Assembly: GCA_040755995.1 (NCBI GenBank)
Contig: JBFMAF010000016.1
Coordinates: 32,001 to 96,000 of the forward strand
DNA from: Acidobacteriota bacterium
GTDB taxonomy: Bacteria > Acidobacteriota > CAIWXX01
Reading direction: 5' to 3'
DNA length: 64,000 nt
A program made the translations under genes and the position numbers. This document shows positions 28,822-38,820 of this stretch, piece after piece (position 1 is the stretch's first letter; each line of letters begins with the position of its first letter). Below the pieces are notes generated by a model. That model saw only the letters and a list, made by a program, of their open reading frames with translations, made no database searches and was not told where the DNA came from.

Positions 28822-29829
28822 TCAGGCCACCTCACCCATCCGGAACGCCGCGGCCGCCTGGTTGTATCCGACGCCTGAGCCGACGAGCACCAGAAGCTGG
28901 CCGGGGCGCACCAGGCCGCGACGCACCGCGTCATCCAGCGCCATCGGAATGCACGCCGAGCCCGTGTATCCCCATTGCTCCATGATCGTGTGCGTTCGTT
29001 CCATGGGTAGCCGCAGATCCTGCATCACGAGCTCGATCGAAGGCTTGCGCACCTGCGTGAAGATGATGAAGTCGATGTCCGAAAGGACGAAGTCGCCATC
29101 CTGCGCGATCCGGCGCACGAGGCGCGGCCATCCCTCGTGGTTGACTTCCGGCGGGTAGCGCTGGAGCATCTTCACAGTTGTTCTTCCGGCGCTCACGGCC
29201 TCCTTCGTTGCCGGCTCATAGGTGCCTCCGGCATAGAGTCCCCAGTGGGCGTGATATGAGCCGTCGGCCTGCGATGCGGCTGCGACGAAGCCGGGTTGCT
29301 CGGACGGCTCCAGCACCACCGCGCCCGCTCCGTCTCCGTAGAAGAAGACCATCGGGTCATCCGGGTCGGCCAGCTTGTGCATCAGGTAGACCCCGATGAC
29401 CAACACAGTCCGTATCGCCCGATTGGTCGATATGATCCCTGCTCCGCAGGCCAGGGCTGTGGGGAACGAGGCGCAGGCACAGCCGATGTCGAATGTGCCG
29501 GCGTTCTTTGCCCCGAGCTTGTGCTGCAACACCACCGAGGTGGCGGGGGTGATATAGTCGGGCGAGTCGGTCCCAAGGATGATCAGGTCGACGTCGGCGG
29601 GCGATCGGCCTGCTCGACTCAGCGCCTGCTGAGCTGCCGGCAGTGCCACATCGGAGGTCGCCCAGGAGTCGGGTGCCCAGAAGCGGCTACGGATGCCGCT
29701 GGACAGCTCCATCTTGTCGACGAACTCCGGGAAGCGCGAGTTGAAACGGCTGCGCAGTTCGTCGTTGGGAACTTCACGCTCGGGCAGGTAGCGCCCCGTC
29801 GAGACGATTCTTGCATGACGCGGTGCCAT
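28822..29829 (-). CDS. 3-oxoacyl-ACP synthase III (FabH)-like protein with non-canonical active site
   Basis: FabH fold motifs (CACASF, YGDGAGA), but the HQAN site reads TQVR and the GNT site reads GYT. Confidence 0.88.
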   Translation of the reverse strand: MAPRHARIVSTGRYLPEREVPNDELRSRFNSRFPEFVDKMELSSGIRSRFWAPDSWATSDVALPAAQQALSRAGRSPADVDLIILGTDSPDYITPATSVVLQHKLGAKNAGTFDIGCACASFPTALACGAGIISTNRAIRTVLVIGVYLMHKLADPDDPMVFFYGDGAGAVVLEPSEQPGFVAAASQADGSYHAHWGLYAGGTYEPATKEAVSAGRTTVKMLQRYPPEVNHEGWPRLVRRIAQDGDFVLSDIDFIIFTQVRKPSIELVMQDLRLPMERTHTIMEQWGYTGSACIPMALDDAVRRGLVRPGQLLVLVGSGVGYNQAAAAFRMGEVA

Positions 29830-29838
29830 GGTTTCCTC

Positions 29839-30624
29839 TCAGGTCCCCATGACCAGGCCACCGTCCACCGAGAGGACGGCTCCGTGCACGAAGGAGGCGG
29901 CGTCCGAGGCGAGCCATACGAATGCAAGGGCAATATCCTCCGGACGCCCCAGCCGGCCCATCGGCGTGTGATCGGTCATGTTCTTGAGCACCTTCTCGGG
30001 CATGGACCTCAGTATTTCGGTGGCGATGAAGCCCGGGGCCACGGCATTCACGCGGATACCATGGCGCCCGAGCTCGCGGGCCCACGTCCGAGTCATGCCG
30101 ACAACAGCAGCCTTAGTGGCGACATAGTTGGTCTGGCCGAAGTTACCGTATAGCCCCACCACAGATGAGGTGCTGAGAATTACGCCGCGCCCGGCCGCGA
30201 TCATGTGGGGCGCCACGGCTCGCGTGCAGTTGAAGACCCCCTTCAGGTTGACGCTGACGACCGCGTTGAACGCGTCGTCAGTCATCATGCCCTGGACGGC
30301 TCCGTCCTTGTACTTCACGAGCAACGCATCACGCACTATCCCGGCGTTGTTGATCATCACGTCGATCCGGCCCCACCGCCGGACAACCTCGGCCGCTGCG
30401 GCTTCCACCGCGCGCGGGTCGGTCACGTCGACTCTGGCGTAGACCGCCTCGCCGCCCGCGGCCCGCGCGGCTGCGACCAGCTCTGCGGGATCGGCCTCGC
30501 TGACATCCCAGGCGGCGACCCGCCCGCCCTCCTCGGCGAACCGCATGACGGTCGCGCGCCCGATGCCGGCGGCTGCGCCCGTCACTACGATCACTCGTTC
30601 CTTCAGCCCCGTTTCGATACTCAT
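29839..30624 (-). CDS. SDR oxidoreductase, FabG/acetoacetyl-CoA reductase-like
   Basis: TGAAAGIG, NNAG, GNFGQTNYVATK, VNAVAPGFI. Confidence 0.93.
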   Translation of the reverse strand: MSIETGLKERVIVVTGAAAGIGRATVMRFAEEGGRVAAWDVSEADPAELVAAARAAGGEAVYARVDVTDPRAVEAAAAEVVRRWGRIDVMINNAGIVRDALLVKYKDGAVQGMMTDDAFNAVVSVNLKGVFNCTRAVAPHMIAAGRGVILSTSSVVGLYGNFGQTNYVATKAAVVGMTRTWARELGRHGIRVNAVAPGFIATEILRSMPEKVLKNMTDHTPMGRLGRPEDIALAFVWLASDAASFVHGAVLSVDGGLVMGT

Positions 30625-30740
30625 CTGACCATCTCTCCTCTTGGTGCCCGTCGAGCCCGCGTACACGGGCTGTGAGGGTCGTACCCGTGCCCGATTGCCT
30701 GCCCGTCGGGCACCGATACGATTGACTGGATGCGCCTGTC

Positions 30741-33512
30741 CTAAAACGTCAACTTGAATCCGAGCTGGATCTCCCTTGCCCGCAACGTCGCTGAGTAATT
30801 CCCGAAGTTCGGGTTGGGCACGTATGCAATGGTGGGATTGGTGATTGTCGGCCCGCGCAGGTACATCGCGGAGTCCACCGAATTGACGTCGTAGTTGACG
30901 TTGTTGAAGAGGTTGAACCCCTCGACGATCACGTCGATCCTCGCGCGGTCGCCAAACGAGACCGCCTTGGTGACGCGCAGGCTGAACTGCTTGAACGACG
31001 GGCCGTCCTCGGAGTTGCGCTTGACGCCCGGGGCGCGGTCCGAGTTCTTCCCGTCGCCGTTATAGTCGTAGCCCAGGCGGGGGTTCCACGGCATGCCGGA
31101 TCCGTACTCGGCGATCGGCGCCACCGTGATGGTCCACGGAAGCTGCAGAATCGCCGTGGCCACGAAGTGCCATCGTTCGTCCGAGCGAGCGCGGCCGTAT
31201 TCTGCCTCCATGTCGGCCGGATCGGAGGGGTACCCGTACGGGAACTCCGGGCTGAAGTCATCGCTGATGTTCTTCTTGTCCGCGACCGTGAGGAAGCCGG
31301 TGATCGTGTGCTTTCGAGCCACCGCGCCATTCATGCTGAACGTGACGGCCTTGTAGCTGGAGTGTCCGTCGTTAGTATAGGTGTTGATCTGGTCGTACGA
31401 GGTGTTGGGACGCGTATGGGTGGCGTTGCCGCTCCAGTTCTTGTCGCGTATCACGATCTCCTTCTCACCCTTGACGTAGACGGCCTCGGTGTCGAAGTAG
31501 AGACCGGTGTCACCGAGCTTGGCCGTCCACCCCAGGCTGAACTGATCGGCCTCGGGGGCGTCGAACGTGTTGTCCAGGAGAGTGATCTGCGGTTTCAGCA
31601 GGTAGCCGGTCGTGGTCGGATTGTTCGGATCGAGGATGAAGTACGGCGGGATGTTGACTCGCGTGAAGATGCGGCGCCCTGTCACGCCGTTCTGCTGCAG
31701 CTCGGTGAAGGCCGGAACCAGCAGGTAGCGGCCCGCGTAACGGCCGTAGCCGCCGCGCACGACCTGGGACCCGTCCGCGCGGATGTCCCACGAGAACCCG
31801 ACGCGAGGCTGGATGTTGTTCTTGTCACGCTTGCGCCCGTCCGGCACCAGCGGATGCGTAAAGTCTGGATTGTTGCCCCCGGTGTCGAGGTCGTAGCGGA
31901 GGCCGAGGCTGAGCGTGAGGTTCGGCTTGATGTGCCAGTCGTCCTGGAAGAAGGTTCCGAACAGAGTGGTGGGCTTTTCGACCTCGCTCGACCCGATCCC
32001 GTAGACATAGGCGAGCGGCACGGCTCGAGTGTCCGTCAGGTACAGGAACAGCCCGTTCTGGTACACGTCGATGCGCGAGATTTCGTTGATGTGAGCGATC
32101 GAGACCCCCGCCTTGAGATCGTGACGATCGCGGTAGAAGTGAATCGTATCCAGGATCTCGAACAGGTTTCCATCGCCCAGCAGGTCGCCGACGACGTTGG
32201 TGCCGGTGCGGAGGGTCGTGCCGCTGCTGAACCACTCCTCGACCCGATCCGAGTTCGTCGGCTCGTCGTACTTGCGATGGCCGACCTGGAAGCGAAGCTC
32301 ATTCAGGTAGCTCGAGCTGGGCACCCACACATGCTCGAATGTCAGGTTCCAGTTGTCTCGAATCAATTCCTGGCCGTTCGATTCATCCTTCACACCCCCT
32401 ACGCGAAAGTTCTTCTCGTTGTAGTGCTCGTAGACGAACTTCGCCGAGGCGCGTTGGGTAGAGGAGAACTGGTGGTCAAGCCCGAAATAGGTCAGGGTCT
32501 GATTGAAGGGGTGCTCGATGTCGCGGCCCAGCGGCGTGAACGCACCGCCGGGGCGGAACAGCGCGATGTTGTTCTCGTCGATGTACTCTGCCGACGCGAA
32601 GAAGTGTGTCCGGTCCTTTACGATCGGACCGCCCAGCGTGAAGCCGAACTGCCCGCGACTGAAAGGGAGGCTCTCCTGCTCGAGCTCGCCCTTCGAACGG
32701 AGCTCGTCGGCGCGATAGAAACCGAAGACCGACCCCGAGAGCTCGTTAGTGCCGCTCTTGGTGACTATCGAGAGAGCTCCACCGGCCGAGCCGCCTACCT
32801 CCGCGTCGAAGCGGTTCGTGATCACGCGGAACTCGCGGATCGCATCCTGCGAGAAGCGGGTGCGGGAGAGGCCGAGCGCCTGGTCTGTCAGGTCGACGCC
32901 GTCCACGAGGATGGTCGACTGGCTGGCGTTGCCGCCCGAGCCCAGCACGGGGCCGCCCGAAATGAACCGGAACTCGCCACGCTCCCGCTCCACCCCAGGC
33001 GCGATGAAGGCCAGGCGCTGGAAGTCACGGTCCGCCACGGGCAGCGATTCGATCTGCTCGGGCAGGATGTTCGTGGACGCATCGGTCTTGTACACATCGA
33101 CCAGCGGAACATCGGCCGTGACCGTGACCTGCTCCGCGACCCCGGCCTGCTGCATCTTGGCCACGACGCGCGCGGTCTGACCGACACGCAGGGTGACGCC
33201 TTCCTCCACGACCGTCTGGAAGCCCGAGAGCTCAAAGCTCAGGTCGTACGTGCCCGGCGGCACGGCCGAAATCGTTACTGATCCGGAGATGTCGGTCGTA
33301 GCCGTGCGCTGGAGACCCGTCTCCTTGCTGTTCAAGACCACCGTCACTCCGGGAATCGGCAGCTTGTCGTTGTCCTCGGCGCTCGCTTCTACCGTGGCCG
33401 TGTGCAGCTGAGCCCAGGCGCTGGTGGCACCGAAAACCAACAAGATGGCAAGTGGTGCCAGCCCGACCAGTAGGCGCAGTCGGTTGGCTGTCGATCCTCT
33501 TCTACTCCGCAT
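30741..33512 (-). CDS. TonB-dependent receptor (Oar-like, with N-terminal carboxypeptidase-regulatory-like domain)
   Basis: GGAGGAG RBS; signal peptide; VTKSGTNE, FFQDDW, LSLGLRYD; C-terminal IQLGFKLTF. Confidence 0.93.
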   Translation of the reverse strand: MRSRRGSTANRLRLLVGLAPLAILLVFGATSAWAQLHTATVEASAEDNDKLPIPGVTVVLNSKETGLQRTATTDISGSVTISAVPPGTYDLSFELSGFQTVVEEGVTLRVGQTARVVAKMQQAGVAEQVTVTADVPLVDVYKTDASTNILPEQIESLPVADRDFQRLAFIAPGVERERGEFRFISGGPVLGSGGNASQSTILVDGVDLTDQALGLSRTRFSQDAIREFRVITNRFDAEVGGSAGGALSIVTKSGTNELSGSVFGFYRADELRSKGELEQESLPFSRGQFGFTLGGPIVKDRTHFFASAEYIDENNIALFRPGGAFTPLGRDIEHPFNQTLTYFGLDHQFSSTQRASAKFVYEHYNEKNFRVGGVKDESNGQELIRDNWNLTFEHVWVPSSSYLNELRFQVGHRKYDEPTNSDRVEEWFSSGTTLRTGTNVVGDLLGDGNLFEILDTIHFYRDRHDLKAGVSIAHINEISRIDVYQNGLFLYLTDTRAVPLAYVYGIGSSEVEKPTTLFGTFFQDDWHIKPNLTLSLGLRYDLDTGGNNPDFTHPLVPDGRKRDKNNIQPRVGFSWDIRADGSQVVRGGYGRYAGRYLLVPAFTELQQNGVTGRRIFTRVNIPPYFILDPNNPTTTGYLLKPQITLLDNTFDAPEADQFSLGWTAKLGDTGLYFDTEAVYVKGEKEIVIRDKNWSGNATHTRPNTSYDQINTYTNDGHSSYKAVTFSMNGAVARKHTITGFLTVADKKNISDDFSPEFPYGYPSDPADMEAEYGRARSDERWHFVATAILQLPWTITVAPIAEYGSGMPWNPRLGYDYNGDGKNSDRAPGVKRNSEDGPSFKQFSLRVTKAVSFGDRARIDVIVEGFNLFNNVNYDVNSVDSAMYLRGPTITNPTIAYVPNPNFGNYSATLRAREIQLGFKLTF

Positions 33513-33779
33513 AAGCTCCTCCCCCTGACCCTCGTCAGGCATGAACTGTTGTATACATTTCAAACAAGGCGCCGCCTCGGATTCCTGAGGCTGTCCTGCC
33601 CTAACCTCCCGCACATAGACCAGAATCGAGCTGGAACGGCACCGATCGACGGAGGTGGACAGCCGATATCCAAGGGCCGCCGAAGTACGTGCGAGCATTG
33701 TGTTGTGCTCACGCATGCCAACCGCGGTTCCGGGCAATTTGGCTCCCTAGTCCCCACCATAGGCGCCCCAAGCGAATAG

Positions 33780-33839
33780 ATACCGAACACTCGCTATGTT
33801 TCCAGAGTCAAATTTAATACCGAACGTGCGGTTTGTCAA
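33780..33839 (-). promoter_or_regulatory. Sigma70 promoter of the TonB receptor operon with two TetR-type operators
   Basis: Minus strand TTGACA (33839-33834)-N17-TAAATT (33816-33811); operator-like ATACCGAACGTGCGGTT fills the spacer; second copy at 33780-33797. Confidence 0.65.
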
Positions 33840-33951
33840 GTGCGAGAGCGAGAGCGAGCGATGGCGGAATTCCGAAGCGGGTACGTCCTCGGCAAGCCTG
33901 ATGGTGAAACAGACGCGGCCGGGAGAACCGGCTAGGGCACGCTCTCGCGGC

Positions 33952-34833
33952 TCAGGCGAAGCCGTGTTTGCCTAGCGCCACCTGCTCGTAGAAGTCGATC
34001 CCGGCGGCCGTGATGCGTGCATGCGTCGGGTTGGCGGGAGGCGTCAGCTCTATTCCGCCGAGCTCGGCAAGGTAGACGAGCTCGGGCAGCAGCGCGCGCT
34101 GTTCGTACTCGATCGCCTGCGCAATCGCGTCAAGGCCGATCGGGTTGAAGGCGCTCTTGCGCCAATGATCGTACAGGACCCCAAGCAGAGCGCGCCGGCG
34201 CGAAGTGTCGAACCCGGGCTTGGGCCGTGCAGCGAATACCGGCCCAGGCAGCGGGAAAAGAGCGCGGCCGGCCACCGGGTTGATGAGCATGGCGAAGGCG
34301 ATCCAGAGTGAGATCGCGCCGAGGCCGACGGTGAACAGGGCGATAGGGATGTCGAGAGCGATGGTGCCGGTGAGTCCCTTGATGATGCGGCAGACGTACA
34401 GCAGGTCGATGTCGAGAAGGAAGGCGAGAAGAAGCGAGCTGAAGTAGCCGAAGCCGTACGTGAAGACGACAAAGACGATGAGAAAGCAGATCTCGGCCGC
34501 GAGGATCACGCGCGGGTCCGGGACCATTCCGCCCGCCAGCGAGTCGAGAACCCAGTAGTTGAACAGCCAGTTGAAGGTGAACGCAGTGAACAGGGTCCCG
34601 CCGAAGAGGTTGTGGTTGGCGAAGTTGAGCATGCCGGCGAGGAACTGGCAGCCGGCTCCGAACAGAATGCAGTACACGGCCGCGGTCTTGAGGGAAGCCG
34701 TCGTCAAGCTCATTCCGAAGGCGATCGGGGTCAGGGCCGCACATCCGATGGCGAGGCCGATCAGACCCATGGGAGTCGGCTCGGCGAACGGCTCGTGCGG
34801 GCGTCGCGGACCTATGTCGATGCGCTTGATCAA
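33952..34833 (-). CDS. GPR1/FUN34/SatP (YaaH) family carboxylate transporter with C-terminal extension
   Basis: EPTPMGLIG (variant of NPAPLGL), QFLAG, NLFGGTLF; six TM helices; TTG start after GGAGG. Confidence 0.78.
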   Translation of the reverse strand: MIKRIDIGPRRPHEPFAEPTPMGLIGLAIGCAALTPIAFGMSLTTASLKTAAVYCILFGAGCQFLAGMLNFANHNLFGGTLFTAFTFNWLFNYWVLDSLAGGMVPDPRVILAAEICFLIVFVVFTYGFGYFSSLLLAFLLDIDLLYVCRIIKGLTGTIALDIPIALFTVGLGAISLWIAFAMLINPVAGRALFPLPGPVFAARPKPGFDTSRRRALLGVLYDHWRKSAFNPIGLDAIAQAIEYEQRALLPELVYLAELGGIELTPPANPTHARITAAGIDFYEQVALGKHGFA

Positions 34834-35525
34834 GATTACCTCCCTTGAGGTTCGAGTCTCAGGCCGTCCGGCCCCGCGGGTCAGACGGCGCAGTCATCGG
34901 CAGGATGGTATTTGCGCGGCGGGAGGGTGTCAAGCGGGGTTGCGGCGGGCGAGAAGGACTTATCAGGCATGGCGGCACCCCTGTGTACAGGGAGGGGGAG
35001 CGGTGCCACGGCACGATCCCCCGGAAGCTCGGCGCCGCTTCAGCTATGTCCCATCGTCAAGCCGCTAAGGAGCCCATCCAAGATTTGGGAGGTCGCGCTG
35101 TGCCGATGCCGTTTGCCCGTATTGATTGGATTCCGGGCTGCCTTCGTAATGCGTGTGCGGGCGCCCTGTGGCCGTCGGCATCGGATCGTATACGTAAGGG
35201 CGACCCTGTCCGAGTGGAGGGCGTGGCCCGCGACCAAACACCACTCAGTGGTCCCCACGGCCGTCGCCATTGGTGTCCATCAGGAATGGCCAGGCTTGCC
35301 GGGCAGCAGGCTGTGATCATGACGCCGGTCCTGTGCCGCGTCTGCGTGGGAGCGGAACGAGCCGGCATCGATCTGCATGGCCGGCCGTAGCCGCGTATCA
35401 CGCGGCGAGGCACGGCGGTATCCAAAAACCCGGGGAAAAATCAGAGGCAATTCGCGGCCCGGCTGCCGACATGCTCGACTGCAAGTCTGGAACGGCTGCG
35501 GAGAGGGGGTGGCTTGAATCGTCTG

Positions 35526-36923
35526 CTATCGGTTCGTCGAGCTGCGATCGAGGAGAGGGAGCTGTGGGTCGAGCGTCCCGCGCTTGTACGTAGCTGTATA
35601 GAATGGCGTCAGGTAGTGCTCTCCCTTCTCACGAGAGGTGAAGTACTTCGCGACTAGCGACATCCATGCCAGCTCGGCCTGCGTGAAGCTCTTGTTTTTC
35701 ACCATTATGAAGGCGATCTTGAAGCTCTTCGGCGAGTCCTTTGCAGCAGGGATGCGCGGCCCCCCCGCTTCGTCCATGAGCTCCTGAATGCTCCAGGTCT
35801 CCACCTGCCCGGCCGTCACGCGGTCCGGGTTGCTGTAGTCCGGCTGGATCAGCCGATGCACGGGCTTGACCTTCCCGGGCGGTGCCAGGCCCATCAGATA
35901 CAGGTCAAGCCACGAGTAGCGCTCAGTAGCGGGATCCGCAGGTACGACCCGCCACGTGCCGTCGCCGTTGCCACAAAGATGGCCGGAACGCGATCCGGCG
36001 AACACAAAGCTCGACATCTGCCCCGCGACGTCGGTGTTCTCCTCCCAGTGCACGCCGTCCGACAACCCTATCTCACTGCCGAAGTCCCATGCGGACCAGG
36101 CGTGGCCGACCTCGTGGTCGAGGATCGCGCCGTAGCCGAAGCTGTGATACACCATCGTCCTCAAGCGTCCGGCCGAGAAGAACTTCGCAGTGTCGTCGAA
36201 GAGCTGCATGCCGATGTTCTGTATCTCGTTCTTCGCGGGCACTGCATAGGGCACGTTCTCAGCGTAGTTGCGATTCGGGTCGTAGATGCTGCCGGCCGGC
36301 ATCACGACGACGAAATCGAATACGTCGCCGAACACACTGTAGAGTCTCTGAAATGCGCCGAATGCGGTATCGCCGCACTTGACTCTCGCCAGCGGGATCT
36401 TGCCTCCAAGCATCTTCCCCGTAGGATCGACCATGCCCACGGCACACTCGGTCGCGTAGACGTCGGACGCGAGCCTCACGGATTGGAACACCTGCGACTT
36501 GTCAACGATTCCGAGCGACGGCGCCCATCCGTCGACAAGCTGCGTCGTGCCGTCAGTCTTCTTGATCCTGACATAGACCCCCGTGATTACGTGCGTTCCT
36601 CCAAACCAGAGATGGATACTCGTCTTGCCCAGCGTGTCCGTCGTGATTCCGTTGAGCGTGTAGATCCCATCACGGGCGGTCTTGTCACCGTGCGTGCCAT
36701 CGTCGAACATGTCGGGCCATGCTCCGTTCGCTCCCTGCATCTGTACGCCGGTGACATCCGTCTTCGTCGTCGCCACACGCAGCACCGTGCTGCTCGCGCC
36801 GTCGTTGTATATCACGTTCGGGTCGAAAGAGGCGTAGAGGAACGCACCGGTGCGCTCTGCTCGAGCAACCTGAGTGAAGCCGAGAGCTGCTACGGCCGCG
36901 AGCGCGAATCCTATCTTGTGCAT
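35526..36923 (-). CDS. Secreted zinc metallopeptidase-like protein
   Basis: Signal peptide; MFDDGTHGDKTARDGIYT module; HEVGH (HEXXH) followed by HW; LDLYLMG. Confidence 0.78.
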   Translation of the reverse strand: MHKIGFALAAVAALGFTQVARAERTGAFLYASFDPNVIYNDGASSTVLRVATTKTDVTGVQMQGANGAWPDMFDDGTHGDKTARDGIYTLNGITTDTLGKTSIHLWFGGTHVITGVYVRIKKTDGTTQLVDGWAPSLGIVDKSQVFQSVRLASDVYATECAVGMVDPTGKMLGGKIPLARVKCGDTAFGAFQRLYSVFGDVFDFVVVMPAGSIYDPNRNYAENVPYAVPAKNEIQNIGMQLFDDTAKFFSAGRLRTMVYHSFGYGAILDHEVGHAWSAWDFGSEIGLSDGVHWEENTDVAGQMSSFVFAGSRSGHLCGNGDGTWRVVPADPATERYSWLDLYLMGLAPPGKVKPVHRLIQPDYSNPDRVTAGQVETWSIQELMDEAGGPRIPAAKDSPKSFKIAFIMVKNKSFTQAELAWMSLVAKYFTSREKGEHYLTPFYTATYKRGTLDPQLPLLDRSSTNR

Positions 36924-37021
36924 TTGAACACCCCCACGATTGCGGTTAGAGGGTCGAAGCCCCAGCCTATATAGACCATGCTATCCGCGTTTTGTACCAA
37001 TCGTGGCGGGCGATAGGCGCT

Positions 37022-37070
37022 CTACTTGAGATGCTTGAGCTGGGCCGAGTCGGTCGAGAGGATGAGCCAG
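37022..37070 (-). pseudogene. hflC 3'-end fragment
   Basis: Near-identical to 41463-41511 (WLILSTDSAQLKHLK*). Confidence 0.85.
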
Positions 37071-37072
37071 CT

Positions 37073-37223
37073 CCCGTTACTTGCGGCGGGCGGCAGCGTG
37101 GCACTCCAGGTCAAGGCCACTCCGTCGAGCACGCACAAGCACATCATAGCGGTCGTCGACTCGGCCGGTGCCGTCGCCGAAGCGAACGAGGCGAACCACG
37201 CCATCGCCAACGCACTCCCTTGA
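37073..37223 (+). pseudogene. 3' fragment of a CARDB-tail secreted protein gene
   Basis: Highly similar to 23167-23317, including the downstream TGAGTGAGCGG. Confidence 0.85.
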
Positions 37224-37442
37224 GTGAGCGGCGCCAGAGTGACGGTTGTACCGCTCGGTTTGGCCCACCGCGCACTCAGTTGATTAGATGCCGGACGCGA
37301 GCTTCACGGCTGGGAACAGCTGCGACTTGTCGCCAATGCGCTCCCTTGAGTGAGGGGCGTCACAGTGCTGATTGTTCCACTCACCCTCGCTGGTACGTTC
37401 TCGCCGCCGGGCGGTCTTTCCAGGTGACAAGGAGAGAGGACG

Positions 37443-38744
37443 ATGAAGATCAATTCCGGAACGCAATTCCAGGCCAGCGTGGATCCCGCCAACGGCAGCT
37501 CACGCGGAGTCCAGACCGGAAAGACCGGCCAGGCGCAGGGGAGGCCAGCAACGGCCAGGTCCGAGCCGGCAGCCGGTGTCGCCGCGCGCGACATCTTCGA
37601 ACGGTCTCAGGGAAGGACTTTCCAGCAACTAGTGACGACCCCCGGAACCGGCCTGCTTGTTGGAAAGAGTGACTTGCCGGAAGCCACAGTGCACCACGAC
37701 GCCTCCGGCGGAAGACCGAAAGGGGGCTTCGATCAACGTTGGGTAGATCGATACAAGGTCCTCGAGGACTGGAGGAAGCGTTTCGAGAACACGATCATTA
37801 CACCGGAGAACCGCGACGAGCAGGAGTCGCTCCGGTTCATGATCCAGAATCTCGAGAGAGGCCTCGGGCTTGAGCCCGGGCAGAACGCGGTCGTGAACGG
37901 GGAAACGGGTGAATACATCATTGGGCCTTCCCAGTCCGGGACCGGCACTCCGCATCAGGCGTTTGACTTCAGGAACCTCGAATCCTTCACTCATCCGACT
38001 GGAGGGGGAGGTGCCGGTATCGGGCCCCACCCCGGCCAGGGGGCGACACTGACGGGTCTCGGCGGCACCGGTGGAGGAGGTGGAGGAGGCGTTGGCGCTC
38101 CCGGAGGCAACTCCAATGCGAACACCGCGGGCGGGTTCTTCGGAGGCGGAATCTGGCGTGAACCGGGGTCGGCGCATGGCCATGACCCGAGCTCGAATCG
38201 AGGTCATACACCCCAAGGGCCGGGCCAGCCGCCTGCCGGTCATGATACTCCGTCGACTCCTTCGCACCCTTCGTCGCCGGGCCAGGCACCCAAGGTGGAC
38301 CGTGACAAGGACAAGGCCATCAAGGTGCACGACACGGGTGGTGAATCTCCGACCACCAAGGACACCATGACCGTCGTGGACAAGCTCATCCGCTCGTGGG
38401 ACCAGCCGGAGTCTGAAAGCGGCGAAGGGCTGCCACCCGCCGACGAGACTCGACACGGTGGCGCGCGCGGCTCCGACATTGGCACACACCGACCCGAAGG
38501 ACTTCGAGGGATCACCCAACAGGAGATCGACCTGTTCGGTCCTGCTATCAGGAAGGAAACCGGACCCGACGACAAGGACCGGCCGGAAACCGGCAGCACG
38601 AGCGGCAGTCAGGCTCCGGGCGATCTGGGCGATGACATCGGTGGACGAGGGATAAGCTCACTGCGGAGGGGCGGCGGTGGTGAGGCAGGACCTCTCTGGA
38701 AGGACCTGCGCGTGCTCAACCCGATCGATCCGTCGAAGGTCTAG
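37443..38744 (+). CDS. Gly/Pro-rich, largely disordered hypothetical protein
   Basis: GAGGA RBS; 433-aa ORF; its C-terminus is conserved in a second copy at 40273-40329. Confidence 0.72.
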   Translation: MKINSGTQFQASVDPANGSSRGVQTGKTGQAQGRPATARSEPAAGVAARDIFERSQGRTFQQLVTTPGTGLLVGKSDLPEATVHHDASGGRPKGGFDQRWVDRYKVLEDWRKRFENTIITPENRDEQESLRFMIQNLERGLGLEPGQNAVVNGETGEYIIGPSQSGTGTPHQAFDFRNLESFTHPTGGGGAGIGPHPGQGATLTGLGGTGGGGGGGVGAPGGNSNANTAGGFFGGGIWREPGSAHGHDPSSNRGHTPQGPGQPPAGHDTPSTPSHPSSPGQAPKVDRDKDKAIKVHDTGGESPTTKDTMTVVDKLIRSWDQPESESGEGLPPADETRHGGARGSDIGTHRPEGLRGITQQEIDLFGPAIRKETGPDDKDRPETGSTSGSQAPGDLGDDIGGRGISSLRRGGGGEAGPLWKDLRVLNPIDPSKV

Positions 38745-38820
38745 GCGCTCAGAATCCCACGGGATCGACAATTCGCCAGCGGGCGTACGTGTCGACACAG
38801 AGGTACTTCTTCGCGCCTGG
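38688..38820. repeat. Duplicated segment: end of the Gly-rich gene plus an internal hflC remnant
   Basis: Matches 40273-40405 (offset 1585); the part after the stop codon matches hflC 42086-42154. Confidence 0.85.

Noticed and set aside
31167..33281. 704-aa plus-strand ORF
   Set aside because: Antisense shadow of the TonB-dependent receptor, a common artefact in GC-rich DNA
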